This document shows positions 30,020-39,365 of a stretch of 64,000 nucleotides of DNA, piece after piece. Positions within the stretch are counted from its first letter, which is position 1; each line of letters starts with the position of its first letter. Location of the stretch: contig JAKPTZ010000121.1 in the NCBI GenBank assembly GCA_029555025.1, positions 7,425 to 71,424 on the forward strand, in the 5' to 3' direction. Under the pieces are notes generated by a model. It ran no database searches. It worked only from the letters and a program-made list of their open reading frames with translations, and was not told the origin of the DNA. The DNA is from Deltaproteobacteria bacterium. Lineage in GTDB: Bacteria > Myxococcota_A > UBA9042 > DTJE01. The position numbers and the translations under genes are program-made.

Positions 30020-31729
30020 ATGGGTCACAGAGTAATCGGTCTGACAAGGTCGGGAACGATTCTTAGGGCGGCCGTCGTGGAGACGAGGCTTCGCAGGTTC
30101 GAGTTGAGAACCGTGCTGGAGATCGATCTGGCGCAGCCGGGCGACGAAGTTGACGAAGCTGGCGCGGTCGATGCCTCCGACGGGCTTCTCACCGTGGGCG
30201 AGGCTCTGAATCGCGCCCTGGTGCCGCCGCTGAGTCCGTCTGATTCGGTTGTCGTCGCCTATCCCGGCGATGCCGGCTTCATAAGGAGGCTGTCCTTTCC
30301 TTTCAGGGACAGGGCCAGGATTTCGGAAGTCCTGCCGGTCGAATTGGGCGGCACGCTTCCCACAGGTCTTGATACCGAGCTTCATGTCAATTTCGAGCGG
30401 GCGGGCAAGGACGGAAACGACATTATCGCGGTTGGCGTCCAGGCACAGGCGTTCGCTTCGTGGCTTGACGGCTGGCGCTTTCAGGGAATCGATCCGAAAC
30501 ATGTTGCCATGGAATCGCTCGAGCTTGCGGCATACCTTCCATTTATCGCGAACGGCGAACCCGCCAACCGGATGATTGTGTCCGTCGATGGGAACCTGGT
30601 CGAGTTCATGGTCGCCAGTGGCGATTCCGTAAGGCTGTGTCGCGCGATAAGGCTTCAGGGCGGAATCGTCAGCGGCGGCGATCTCAGCGGCGCGTTCATG
30701 CGGGAAGTTCTCCTGTGCGTTGCCGCCGCGTCCGAGGCCGGAACGCCGCTTGACAGCGTTTTTGCGTGCGGCGATCACGCGGACGTTGTTGCCCGTGTTC
30801 TTTCGGAGTCGATCGGAATCCAGTGCGACAAACTTGATCCATTGGCGCTGGGAATCCCCGGGGCCGCAGATTGCGATTGTTCCGGAACGGCCATGTCGCG
30901 CACCGTCGCGCTTGCAATCGGGGTCGCTGACGGAAGCGGGCCGGCCGCTTTGAACCTGCGAACCGGTCAGTTCGGCTCGGGTGGGGCCGCCGGGCTGCTT
31001 CGCGAGAAGGCCATGTTCTTTTCCGTGGCGCTGGGGGTGTTCCTGCTGCTGGGGGCCGGATGGACGGCAACCAGGTACATCGGCCTGGTGGGCGACAGGG
31101 CTGCCATTGAGAAGCAACTTGTGGTGCTGTCGTCAACCATTCTGGAACGGCAGGTGGATGATTTCGAGGGGGCGCTTGCCGAGGTTCGTGCCGGCTCGCG
31201 CGAGGAACTGGCCCTGTTTCCCGCCTGGACCGGTGCGGGGACCCTTGAGAAGATAACCAGGGCCGTGCTTGCTGCCGGTCCTGCCGGCGTTCATTCCGTA
31301 CCAGCCCAGGGGACCGGCTCCCAGGATGACGGTTCCGTTGAGGACACTGCCGGAAGCGGGGGCGAGTCGGTCGAGGAAGATTCCGCGGAGGTTGATCCCG
31401 GCCACTCGATGGAGCTTGAGCAGATAGAGATCGGGCCGAAGCAGGCCATGATCAAGGGTGAGGCTGAGTCCATCGAGAAGGTTGACGAGTTGATAGCACG
31501 CCTTCGGGGCGATGCATGCTTTCACGAGATCGTCACGGAAAGCACCGAGCGTGTTCAGTTCCAGCGTCATCAGGGCTGGCAGAAGTTCCGCGTCAGGATG
31601 AACGTTGACTGCGTAGGAAAGGATGCCCGCAAGGGGGCTCCGGCGACCGGGGCGGCTGCGACACCGGGGGCCGCGCCTGCGTCCCCGCCTGTACAGGCCG
31701 ATTCTGCGGCCCAGGTCGATGGCGAGTGA
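30020..31729 (+). CDS. gspL: GspL-like protein (cytoplasmic actin-like domain, TM, periplasmic domain)
   Basis: Position after gspK, PilM/GspL-like N-domain and central TM (FFSVALGVFLLLGAGW). ATG at 30020 after GGAAGGAAG. Confidence 0.6.
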   Translation: MGHRVIGLTRSGTILRAAVVETRLRRFELRTVLEIDLAQPGDEVDEAGAVDASDGLLTVGEALNRALVPPLSPSDSVVVAYPGDAGFIRRLSFPFRDRARISEVLPVELGGTLPTGLDTELHVNFERAGKDGNDIIAVGVQAQAFASWLDGWRFQGIDPKHVAMESLELAAYLPFIANGEPANRMIVSVDGNLVEFMVASGDSVRLCRAIRLQGGIVSGGDLSGAFMREVLLCVAAASEAGTPLDSVFACGDHADVVARVLSESIGIQCDKLDPLALGIPGAADCDCSGTAMSRTVALAIGVADGSGPAALNLRTGQFGSGGAAGLLREKAMFFSVALGVFLLLGAGWTATRYIGLVGDRAAIEKQLVVLSSTILERQVDDFEGALAEVRAGSREELALFPAWTGAGTLEKITRAVLAAGPAGVHSVPAQGTGSQDDGSVEDTAGSGGESVEEDSAEVDPGHSMELEQIEIGPKQAMIKGEAESIEKVDELIARLRGDACFHEIVTESTERVQFQRHQGWQKFRVRMNVDCVGKDARKGAPATGAAATPGAAPASPPVQADSAAQVDGE

Positions 31730-31766
31730 TGTCTGGTCTGCCGGAGATTCCGGCTGGAGGACGTGA

Positions 31767-32417
31767 ATGAAGATTTCGGAGTCGTTTGATGCCATGACCG
31801 GTCGTCTTTCCGAGAGGGAGAGACGGCTTTTCGGCCTGCTGGCCCTGGCCGCCCTGCTTCTTCTGGTCGGCGGGGCGTGGTTCGGCGTTTCGACCGTTTT
31901 TTCCGGGATACGGGAAGACATCGAGGGAGATCGCAAGGTTCTTGCCGAGCTTCGAAACATGGCTCCGCAGTATCTCGAGAAGCAGGCCAGGAAAAGGGAT
32001 CTGGAAGCGGCGGTCAAGAACAATACGGAGTCGGTCAGGGTGATGGCGAATGAAATCCTGAAGGACATTGAACTGTCCGCGGAGATTCCCGGCGCCCTTG
32101 GAACCAGGATGTCGGACATCGTCAGCTTTGAAGGCAAGACCGTCGAGACTCCGGTTGAGTTGACGAAGTCGAAGAAGGCAGCCAAGTCAAAGAAGAAGGT
32201 GACTTCCTCGTATGTGATGGAAGAGCAGGAATTGAAGTTCAAGGAAGTTCCGCAGAACGATCTGATGAGGTTCCTGGATGCAATAGAGAAGTCCGAGGCC
32301 CTGCTTTTCGTGACGAAGATTGACATGAAAAGGACTTTTAACGACAGGAACCGCGTCACCGCGTCGGTGGTAATCGCGACCTTCAGGTATCGCGAAGCCG
32401 CCGGTCGGGACGAGTGA
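31767..32417 (+). CDS. gspM: GspM-like protein
   Basis: Single N-terminal TM, ~216 aa, positioned after gspL. Confidence 0.55.
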   Translation: MKISESFDAMTGRLSERERRLFGLLALAALLLLVGGAWFGVSTVFSGIREDIEGDRKVLAELRNMAPQYLEKQARKRDLEAAVKNNTESVRVMANEILKDIELSAEIPGALGTRMSDIVSFEGKTVETPVELTKSKKAAKSKKKVTSSYVMEEQELKFKEVPQNDLMRFLDAIEKSEALLFVTKIDMKRTFNDRNRVTASVVIATFRYREAAGRDE

Positions 32418-33916
32418 CTGGTTTCATACCGGAGATTCCCATGGCGATGGAATGGACAAAGAACCCAGGCGTAATCAAGGGCCTGAAGATTGGCGGCGTG
32501 GCCGTTTTCGCGCTGGTTTCGTTCGTAATTTCGATCGGGTACACGCTTCCCGAGGAGCGCATCAAGTCCCTGATCGAGGCAAAGGCGGCTGATGCCGGAA
32601 TCGTTCTGTCAATTGCGGATTTTGACGCTTCCGGCTTTGGCGGGGTGACGATTGAGGGAATCCGGGCCGAACTGTCGCCACTGGTGTCCGAAGCGGCCGA
32701 TGGAACCAGGCTGGAGCAGCCCAGGAAGCTTGAGATAGACCGGATGGATCTTGATGTAAGCCTCTTTTCACTGCTGCTTGGAAAACCGTCCTTCAAGCTG
32801 ACAGTGCTTGATGAAGGTGGTCACGTCGGGCCTGCGCGCATCAAGGTGCTGGCCGACTCCATCGATGTGGAAATCGAGGAGATTGTCGATTTTCCCATTC
32901 CAAGGGGATTTCCGGCAGGCCCGTTTCCACTGTCGGGGGTCATTCGATCGGGCAAGGGACGGATCCAGTGGGATCGCGCGGGCGGCATTGCCGGAAGCGA
33001 GGGTGCCTTTGAGCTGAAGGCCGAAAAGGTGACGGCGCTGAAGCCTGTGCTCAACACGAAGCAGGCAGGCGCAATCGGCCTGACCGACATTGCCCTGGGC
33101 ACCTTCGAGGCGTCGCTGATCATCGACAAGAGGTCGAATATCGCCGCATTGAAGTCATCCAAGGGGCGATCGCAGACGGGTGGCGAAGGTCGGGTCATCT
33201 ATTTCGAGACGTTGAAGGTTGACGGTAAGGACATCAAGGCCATGGTCGAGGGGAATTCCCTGATCAGGCTGGCCTCCGGGCGTCCTCTTTCGAAAGCGCA
33301 GTTGACGCTGGAAATGGCTTTCGCGATCGAGGAAGCCTTCTTTTCCAAGACAAACAAGGACTCGACCGATACCCCGAACAAGTTCCTCAAGACGCTGCTT
33401 GATCTCGATCCGCGATGGAAGAGCGCCAAGTCCGGGGAATTCTACGGCCTGATGTGCACCGGCACTCTCGACAGGCCGAACTGCCTGCCGCGAAGGCCTT
33501 CCGTGCGCGGCGGGGACTTCAAGGCCCCATCGAAGTCGGCCGAAGATGACGAGGAGAAGCCGGTTCGCCAGAAGGCTTCGCGCCGCAAGCCGGTGACCAC
33601 GCGACAGCGGCCGGCTGCGACCGATGAATCCGCGGGGGCAGCCGGCGGCCAGACCGGGAACGATGCACCGGCCGAACCGGTTCAGGCGCCGGAACCTGCG
33701 GCGCCGACGGAACAGCAGCCCGCGGTTGAGTTCACGCCGCCGCCGGACGGCCCGACGGCCAGGAGGCCGGGGCCGCCGGACACCGATGTCGATGTGACCG
33801 CGCGGGTTGGCGGAACCGCCTTCATTGACCGGAGCGAGAGTATCCGGACGCAGGGCGAGATGAGGGCCAGGCCGCGAATCCGGCTGCAGGAACCTGGCGA
33901 GCCTAGCGAGGAGTAG
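32414..33916 (+). CDS. gspN: GspN-like protein with a Pro/Ala/Arg-rich disordered C-terminus
   Basis: N-terminal TM and position after gspM. Start overlaps the gspM stop. Confidence 0.5.
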   Translation: MTGFIPEIPMAMEWTKNPGVIKGLKIGGVAVFALVSFVISIGYTLPEERIKSLIEAKAADAGIVLSIADFDASGFGGVTIEGIRAELSPLVSEAADGTRLEQPRKLEIDRMDLDVSLFSLLLGKPSFKLTVLDEGGHVGPARIKVLADSIDVEIEEIVDFPIPRGFPAGPFPLSGVIRSGKGRIQWDRAGGIAGSEGAFELKAEKVTALKPVLNTKQAGAIGLTDIALGTFEASLIIDKRSNIAALKSSKGRSQTGGEGRVIYFETLKVDGKDIKAMVEGNSLIRLASGRPLSKAQLTLEMAFAIEEAFFSKTNKDSTDTPNKFLKTLLDLDPRWKSAKSGEFYGLMCTGTLDRPNCLPRRPSVRGGDFKAPSKSAEDDEEKPVRQKASRRKPVTTRQRPAATDESAGAAGGQTGNDAPAEPVQAPEPAAPTEQQPAVEFTPPPDGPTARRPGPPDTDVDVTARVGGTAFIDRSESIRTQGEMRARPRIRLQEPGEPSEE

Positions 33917-35003
33917 CCGGTGGAAAGATCGAATCCGGTACGTAGGGAACAAGGCCATCCCTGGTCCTGCAAAGGAGTGCCGGGCCCGCATCGAGAGTCC
34001 TGACCCAGTAAAGATCGTTCTTCAACACGTTGAAGCGCCCGCTCGGTTCCGGCCAGTCGCGTCCAAGAGCGATAAGTGCCATCAGCCACGGAAAATTGAA
34101 CCCGGCGGCAGTGTAGAAATGGTTTGTTGTCCCGAACCGGCCGGCGTTGATCTCAGTGGGCCGCGGATTTCCATCGGCATCGCACTTGAAATCGACGAAG
34201 GCCACGCCGTCGAATCCGGGGTCGATGGAAAGGACGCATCGCGGGCCAAGCTCGTTGATGTCGTCCCTGCTGATTGTGTGGCAGATGGCCGGAGCCCCGG
34301 TTATTCCGCTTGGACTGACGTGAGGGATCACGTATGCGTCACGCTGTCGTCCCTGACTTGCAACAAGGGTGCCGCGATCAAAGATCCCCAGCCAGGTCAG
34401 GTTGTCTCCCGGAAGAAATTCTGAAGCGATGAATCCGCCCCAGCCTGAATAGAACTGTATCCAGCCGGTCGCTTCCGCGACCGACCTGCACGGGAGTGCC
34501 GCACCCCCGATTCCGCGTCCCGGAATACCGGCGCCTCGAAACCAGATTGGAACGCCTGGGAGGATGCGAAAGGCCGTCTCGACATCGTCCGCGTCGTTAA
34601 TCAGCATCGTTGCCGGAACCGGTATGTCGTCGTCGCGCCATCGCGACCAGGTAAGCCATTTCGATGCCGAAGTCTCCTGAGCCTGCAGCGACGGAACCTT
34701 CATCCTCGCCGGAATCGCGTCCGAATTCCTGGTCAGGGCCATCATTTCCACGCTGGAATTCGGTATCACAAGGTCAATCGAGTGCTTCCGGCACAGTGCG
34801 GAGATTGTCTCGATGTAGGCATCACCGTCGTCGCACCTTGGAACCAGCGCCTTTTCATGTGTCAGTGCCAGGTGGATGTAATAGGGGCTTGCGTCGGTGC
34901 CGAGCAGGAAGACAGGATCGGGTGCCATCAGGAGGCTTCGCGTAAGGTTGACGGTTCCCGGTCCGCCGGCCCCGGTCACCAGGATTCTGGTCGCATCTTT
35001 CAT
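33903..35003 (-). CDS. ATP-grasp domain ligase (PylC/carbamoyl-phosphate-synthase-like fold)
   Basis: 'ILVTGAGGPG' N-terminus and an ATP-grasp C-lobe ('PRPTEINAGRFGTT'), 366 aa. Its start is 6 nt after the preceding small gene's stop. Confidence 0.7.
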   Translation of the reverse strand: MKDATRILVTGAGGPGTVNLTRSLLMAPDPVFLLGTDASPYYIHLALTHEKALVPRCDDGDAYIETISALCRKHSIDLVIPNSSVEMMALTRNSDAIPARMKVPSLQAQETSASKWLTWSRWRDDDIPVPATMLINDADDVETAFRILPGVPIWFRGAGIPGRGIGGAALPCRSVAEATGWIQFYSGWGGFIASEFLPGDNLTWLGIFDRGTLVASQGRQRDAYVIPHVSPSGITGAPAICHTISRDDINELGPRCVLSIDPGFDGVAFVDFKCDADGNPRPTEINAGRFGTTNHFYTAAGFNFPWLMALIALGRDWPEPSGRFNVLKNDLYWVRTLDAGPALLCRTRDGLVPYVPDSIFPPATPR

Positions 35004-35008
35004 TTTTC

Positions 35009-35224
35009 CTACTCAAGTTCAAAGTGTTTGCAGAAGACGTATGTACCCCTGGGTGTCTCGAACGATTCGGCCTGCTGCAGTTCGGTGTTTGGGTATTCAA
35101 GGCCGCAGCGGCCCGTTGTCGGAACGATGTGGACGCAGCGGTCGCACTTCCAGGCCAGTTTGAAGGCCAGGCAGTCGTCCTTGAATCGATCCCTTTCCTG
35201 GCCCGTTGGATAAACCGGTTTCAC
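35009..35224 (-). CDS. Small Cys-containing protein or peptide (71 aa) translationally coupled to the ATP-grasp ligase
   Basis: Strong GC3 codon bias. GTG start overlaps the upstream stop as GTGA. Sequence VKPVYPTGQ...CLAFKLAWKCDRCVHIVPTTGRCGLEYPNTELQQAESFETPRGTYVFCKHFELE. The longer ORF to 35323 would overlap the upstream gene by 100 nt. Confidence 0.5.
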   Translation of the reverse strand: MKPVYPTGQERDRFKDDCLAFKLAWKCDRCVHIVPTTGRCGLEYPNTELQQAESFETPRGTYVFCKHFELE

Positions 35225-35934
35225 TGCACAGTTTTCCCGACCGCCTGGTCGGCCTCCATTGCGATGATTTCCTGGATGGCGGCTGCCTGGCGGTTGTCCG
35301 CGTGTCTGTTCGTCGCCGCGCAAAGGTTTTCATTACGGATCCCGACCCTCATCGATGCAAGACATCCGGCCGCCGCCACTTCGGCCGGCATGCCGTCGGT
35401 CGGCGTTACAAGCGCCAGTGCGGAATCGGGCGAGCTTGCAGAAAGAAGCACGATATACGCCGCGAGCGCGGGGCCTTCTCCGGAGTCGGCCGCCGACGCA
35501 AGCCAGGACAGCGCCAGTTCAATGTCACCGACCATGCAGGCTGAAGATGAGGCCGCAAGCGCGATCGGCAGTGGCATGCCAAATTCCTCGAGGGCGGGAA
35601 CCGCGTCGGGGGGAGCCTTGAAAACGCGCCGATCGAGAACCGCGTTCACGGAATCGTAGTCGCAGCGTTTCGTGCCGAACGAGGCGGCAAGTTCCTGCCT
35701 GACTTTGTTCCACGCCAGGCGAAATGCCTCTGTCGCCCGCCTGTCGGCGTTGCGAAGAAAGAGCCTCGCAGCCGTGGAATATGCAGAGCCGCCCAGCCAG
35801 GGCTCGAGATCGTGTCGAGAAGGCCGGGCGATGGCACGGCATTCCACTGGGGGCTGCGATGGTGCTATATTCGTTGCACCGAGCCCGATGGCCGGAAACA
35901 CGATCAGCAATGTGATTAAGGGTATTCTTCCCAT
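35221..35934 (-). CDS. Hypothetical protein with an N-terminal signal-like segment; first gene of the three-gene operon
   Basis: Coding-like codon usage and N-terminus MGRIPLITLLIVFPAIGLGA. Mostly helical, Ala-rich, with no recognisable domain. Confidence 0.45.
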   Translation of the reverse strand: MGRIPLITLLIVFPAIGLGATNIAPSQPPVECRAIARPSRHDLEPWLGGSAYSTAARLFLRNADRRATEAFRLAWNKVRQELAASFGTKRCDYDSVNAVLDRRVFKAPPDAVPALEEFGMPLPIALAASSSACMVGDIELALSWLASAADSGEGPALAAYIVLLSASSPDSALALVTPTDGMPAEVAAAGCLASMRVGIRNENLCAATNRHADNRQAAAIQEIIAMEADQAVGKTVQ

Positions 35935-36736
35935 GCCGCGAGCGATTATAACCCAAATGGTCCTGGCGTGGCTGCTGGGCATTGTGATCGCGGTTCCGTT
36001 GGAGGCGGCGGAACCAGAATCGTCCTGGCCGGCCGATGGGAGCTTCGTCCGGATTACACGCGAAGGCGGGGTTACCCCCTATATTTCGGTCTATTATGAC
36101 GTGACCGTGCGCGGTCGCACCCTGGTCGTGACGATGACCAAGGACACGCTGTGCCGGGTGATGACGCATGAGCGCGTCGTCATCCTTGACGGTTCGGATG
36201 CAAGGCGCGTCCTCGGGATCCTTTCTGATGCCGGGGCCTGGATAATGCGGCCGCCGGTGCGTGACCGGGGCACGGTCGAAACGGCGCCGGGATCGCCTGA
36301 CGACGATGCCGCATATGAATTCTGGAGCGCTTCCGGCCGCGACATGAGAAGGTTTCGAGCGACCAGGCGGGAACTTCTGGGCGACCCCGGGCTGACAAGG
36401 CTTCTTTCCGTGGTTCGCGCGACCGTTACCGGTCTTGTGGAGCCGCTGGCCCTGCGGGATGTCTTCCAGCCCGCCGATCGCACCGGGATTCTGGCAATAA
36501 CGGCGTCCGAGCCTGCCGTCGCGCTGATTGATGGGTGGGATCGGGTCAGGCTTCCGGTCAGCTCGCTTGACCTGAAGGTCGGAGTGCATGAAGTGGTGGT
36601 GACCGGAAAGAGCGGATCCAGGAGGAATTTCACCGTCCGCGTCGTGCCTGGGGAAAACCCCGCGATACACGTCCTGCTTGGGGATCCGCCCCCGCCTGGA
36701 GTTACCGCGGAACCTTCGGTCAGCCCCGTCCCCTGA
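35933..36736 (+). CDS. Hypothetical secreted protein
   Basis: Signal peptide MPRAIITQMVLAWLLGIVIAVPLEAAEP and good GC3 bias. Its start codon overlaps the divergent gene's start (CATG). Confidence 0.5.
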   Translation: MPRAIITQMVLAWLLGIVIAVPLEAAEPESSWPADGSFVRITREGGVTPYISVYYDVTVRGRTLVVTMTKDTLCRVMTHERVVILDGSDARRVLGILSDAGAWIMRPPVRDRGTVETAPGSPDDDAAYEFWSASGRDMRRFRATRRELLGDPGLTRLLSVVRATVTGLVEPLALRDVFQPADRTGILAITASEPAVALIDGWDRVRLPVSSLDLKVGVHEVVVTGKSGSRRNFTVRVVPGENPAIHVLLGDPPPPGVTAEPSVSPVP

Positions 36737-36819
36737 CAAAAGTTTTGACCCCGGAAGAAGATTGCCTGAAAATGTGTTTTCCGTCCGTCACTTTGGCGGA
36801 ACCGGTTGAAGCCGTTGAT

Positions 36820-36829
36820 TTGACGTCAA
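36820..36829. promoter_or_regulatory. Perfect 10-bp palindrome TTGACGTCAA nested in a longer inverted repeat, upstream of the LysM/LAS peptidase gene
   Basis: GGTTGA-N14-TCAACC with a TTGACGTCAA core in the 110-bp intergenic region. Candidate operator or -35 element. Confidence 0.25.
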
Positions 36830-36846
36830 CCCTGGATGCTTGAATA

Positions 36847-37671
36847 TTGACTTCGCTGCTTGTCGCACTGACCATCGCCTCCACGGTGATGACCATCCCG
36901 GACAACCCCTGCCCTTCCGGGTGGAAGTACATGCTGGCCGAGGTCAGGGCCGGTGAACGCGATCCCACGGATATTGCCCGCCGCCTGATGGTGAAGCCCG
37001 ACATGCTGGCCGACTGGAACAGGATGTCGGTCAGGGAAAGGCTTCAAAAGGGACAGTTGCTTGTGTTCTGCAAGGATCTGCGACCGGCCTCCGTGGGAAG
37101 TCCATCCCGCGGCCGCCTGAGGGCCGGCGTGAATATGGACGCGGACGGCGACAGTCGTGGCTGCGGCTGGGTCAAGTCACCGCTGCGAACCACCACGTGG
37201 GGCACGCCCGAGACCGTTGCCGCCGTTTCGGATTGTCTTTGTCGTTTCAAAACACGTTTTCCCGGAGCGCCGGACGTGACGCTGGGGGATCTTTCGCGGC
37301 AGGGCGGTGGAAGACTCGGGCGCCACCTGTCACATCGCAGCGGCCGGGACGTCGATCTTGGCTATATCACTAATCCGCCGCAGTCCGGAGGCTATTTCAA
37401 CCGCAACGCCAGGTACGGTAACCTGGACGCGGAAAAGCAGTGGTGGATCGTCAAATGTTTCCTGGATCGGGGCAATGTCAGGTTCATCTTCCTGAACTGG
37501 CCGGCCCTGTCCGCGCTGAAGTCGTTTGTTAAGTCCCGTCCGGAGCTTTCTTCTTACATGAGGTTTTTTTCCGGCGGATCGTCGCCCGTGATTTCGGCGG
37601 ACAGAGAACATCGAAATCATCTTCACGTAAGGTTTGACTGCCCGCCCGACGACATCGAATGCATCGAATGA
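36847..37671 (+). CDS. LysM-domain LAS-family peptidase (MepA/peptidase M74-like murein endopeptidase)
   Basis: LysM-like block (YMLAEVRAGERDPTDIARRL...GQLLVF). Zinc-ligand motifs 'HLSHRSGRDVDL' and 'HRNHLHVRF'. The ORF opens with TTG, so the true start is uncertain. Confidence 0.6.
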   Translation: MTSLLVALTIASTVMTIPDNPCPSGWKYMLAEVRAGERDPTDIARRLMVKPDMLADWNRMSVRERLQKGQLLVFCKDLRPASVGSPSRGRLRAGVNMDADGDSRGCGWVKSPLRTTTWGTPETVAAVSDCLCRFKTRFPGAPDVTLGDLSRQGGGRLGRHLSHRSGRDVDLGYITNPPQSGGYFNRNARYGNLDAEKQWWIVKCFLDRGNVRFIFLNWPALSALKSFVKSRPELSSYMRFFSGGSSPVISADREHRNHLHVRFDCPPDDIECIE

Positions 37672-37803
37672 TGCGGGCGCCCATTTTTCATCTGTAACAT
37701 TGTGGTTTTCAATCTATAATCCGCTTTCAACGCGTCTCGGCCGGGTTAGGCTCGATCGATTCGGGCGCGTCTGGACAACTCAATGGTATTTCCGGGGGTT
37801 CAA

Positions 37804-39345
37804 ATGGGAAGGTTCCTGGTGCTGCTGGCGGTCGCCGGCGCAGTTGCTGTGGGCGGATGCGTCAACAAGGAAGAGATGGCGGCCAGACAGAAGGAGGCCT
37901 TCGAGGCCAGAAAGAAGGAAGTTCAGGCGGAACTGGCCGTCGTCCTTCAGGGGTGGCTTGATGAGATGACCAGGACACTCCCGGCCGATATAAAAAAGTA
38001 TCCGAAGGTTCAGAGCCCGCTGGTCAAGTGGCGCGCCGATACTTTCAACTTCGACTGGAGAAGACAGGTTGATGCCGCCGTGGTCAAGGCCCGGTTCCTT
38101 GCGGTTGCATCTGAATTCGAGGCCATCCCGAAGTTTTTCGACGTGATGGAGAAGTTCTGGAAGAAGGAGGTCATGTTCAAGGACTACATGGTCGCCTGGA
38201 AGGAACTGAAGCGTACGTCAAGCGACCCGCTGGCCGGATTGCTGGCCGACTTCGACCACACATTCGTTCATGTCGAGGCGTTCTACGGCGCTCAGGACAT
38301 GGAAGGTGACGACCGGGCGATCTACTTCTTCCGGCACTGGCAGGTCGCGTTCGAGTTCCCGCGGGAAGAAAAGGAATCCGTCGGGGAGTACATCGCACGG
38401 CTTTGCGAGGCGAAGTTGAAGGACTACTGCATGTCGGTGCCATTCGAGGATCTGCATTTCGCGCTCGAGAAGCCGTACCTGACGGAAGCGCGCCGTATTG
38501 TGAAGGCGTACCTTGAGGAACACCCCGGCGTCGAGCTCAACCGGATTTTTGAACAGTACCTTGCAGATGTCGATGCAAGACTCGCCGCATGGAAGGATTT
38601 CCCGGAAACCCTTGTGGTTCCGACGATGAAGTCGCGTAACCCCTACACATCACAGCTTCTATTTACGGTCGATGGCCAGTCCGTCGATTACGAGGGCAGG
38701 GATTATTTGAAGTTCGGAAAGGACTGGGCCGTTTCGGAGTCCGAATGGAAGGCTTTTGCCAAGGCTCTTGTGCCAGAGGTCGAGAAGCTTTCAGAGGAGA
38801 GGGGCCCGGAGAACATGGAGGTCGCGCTGCTGAAGATGGACAGGGCCGCCCCGATGGCCGTTTCCGCCAGGATTGTCGAGGCTATCAGGGGAACGACCGC
38901 CAGGTACGTTCAGTTCGCGGGCCGCAATCGCAGCGATGCGGTGGCCAAGCTGACGAAGGTCGGCAACCTGCAGTTCAGGGAAGTTCCCGAACTGCCGGCG
39001 AAGCTGGACGTCGCTGGCGTCGGCAAGCTCGCATGCCGTGGGCTGGGCCAGTCGATCGATGATCAGGCCTTCCCGTCGAAGGTGGGTCCCGTCGTGTATC
39101 TGGGGACTTCCGGAATCAAGACAGGCGTCATGAAGGACGGATCCGTGGTCGATCTCGTGGATGCGGATCAGGCAGCCGCCGTCAAGGCGCTTCTTTCCGC
39201 CGAGTCCATGCTGCTGGTGGATGAAAAGGTTTCGTACGAGGCCTTCACCACCCTGATTGAACCGGTATTCATCAACTGCGACAACGAGGTCTGCAAGTAC
39301 CCGCGCAATAACGAACCCAGGGTTGGGGTATCGATTTGCAGGTGA
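37804..39345 (+). CDS. Hypothetical lipoprotein
   Basis: MGRFLVLLAVAGAVAVGGC lipobox, 513 aa, no recognisable catalytic motif. Confidence 0.55.
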   Translation: MGRFLVLLAVAGAVAVGGCVNKEEMAARQKEAFEARKKEVQAELAVVLQGWLDEMTRTLPADIKKYPKVQSPLVKWRADTFNFDWRRQVDAAVVKARFLAVASEFEAIPKFFDVMEKFWKKEVMFKDYMVAWKELKRTSSDPLAGLLADFDHTFVHVEAFYGAQDMEGDDRAIYFFRHWQVAFEFPREEKESVGEYIARLCEAKLKDYCMSVPFEDLHFALEKPYLTEARRIVKAYLEEHPGVELNRIFEQYLADVDARLAAWKDFPETLVVPTMKSRNPYTSQLLFTVDGQSVDYEGRDYLKFGKDWAVSESEWKAFAKALVPEVEKLSEERGPENMEVALLKMDRAAPMAVSARIVEAIRGTTARYVQFAGRNRSDAVAKLTKVGNLQFREVPELPAKLDVAGVGKLACRGLGQSIDDQAFPSKVGPVVYLGTSGIKTGVMKDGSVVDLVDADQAAAVKALLSAESMLLVDEKVSYEAFTTLIEPVFINCDNEVCKYPRNNEPRVGVSICR

Positions 39346-39365
39346 TTCGACGGAGGTTCAACTTC

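Noticed and set aside
29657-31117. 486-aa minus-strand ORF across gspK/gspL
   Set aside because: Opposite strand of the confidently identified, translationally coupled T2SS genes. No motifs.
31133-32359. 408-aa minus-strand ORF across gspL/gspM
   Set aside because: Antisense shadow. Ser/Arg-rich low-complexity translation.
35525-36739. 404-aa minus-strand ORF and 35024..35659 plus-strand ORF in the ATP-grasp region
   Set aside because: Each is antisense to a gene with much better GC3 bias and signal-peptide logic. Ser/Ala/Arg-rich translations typical of shadows.
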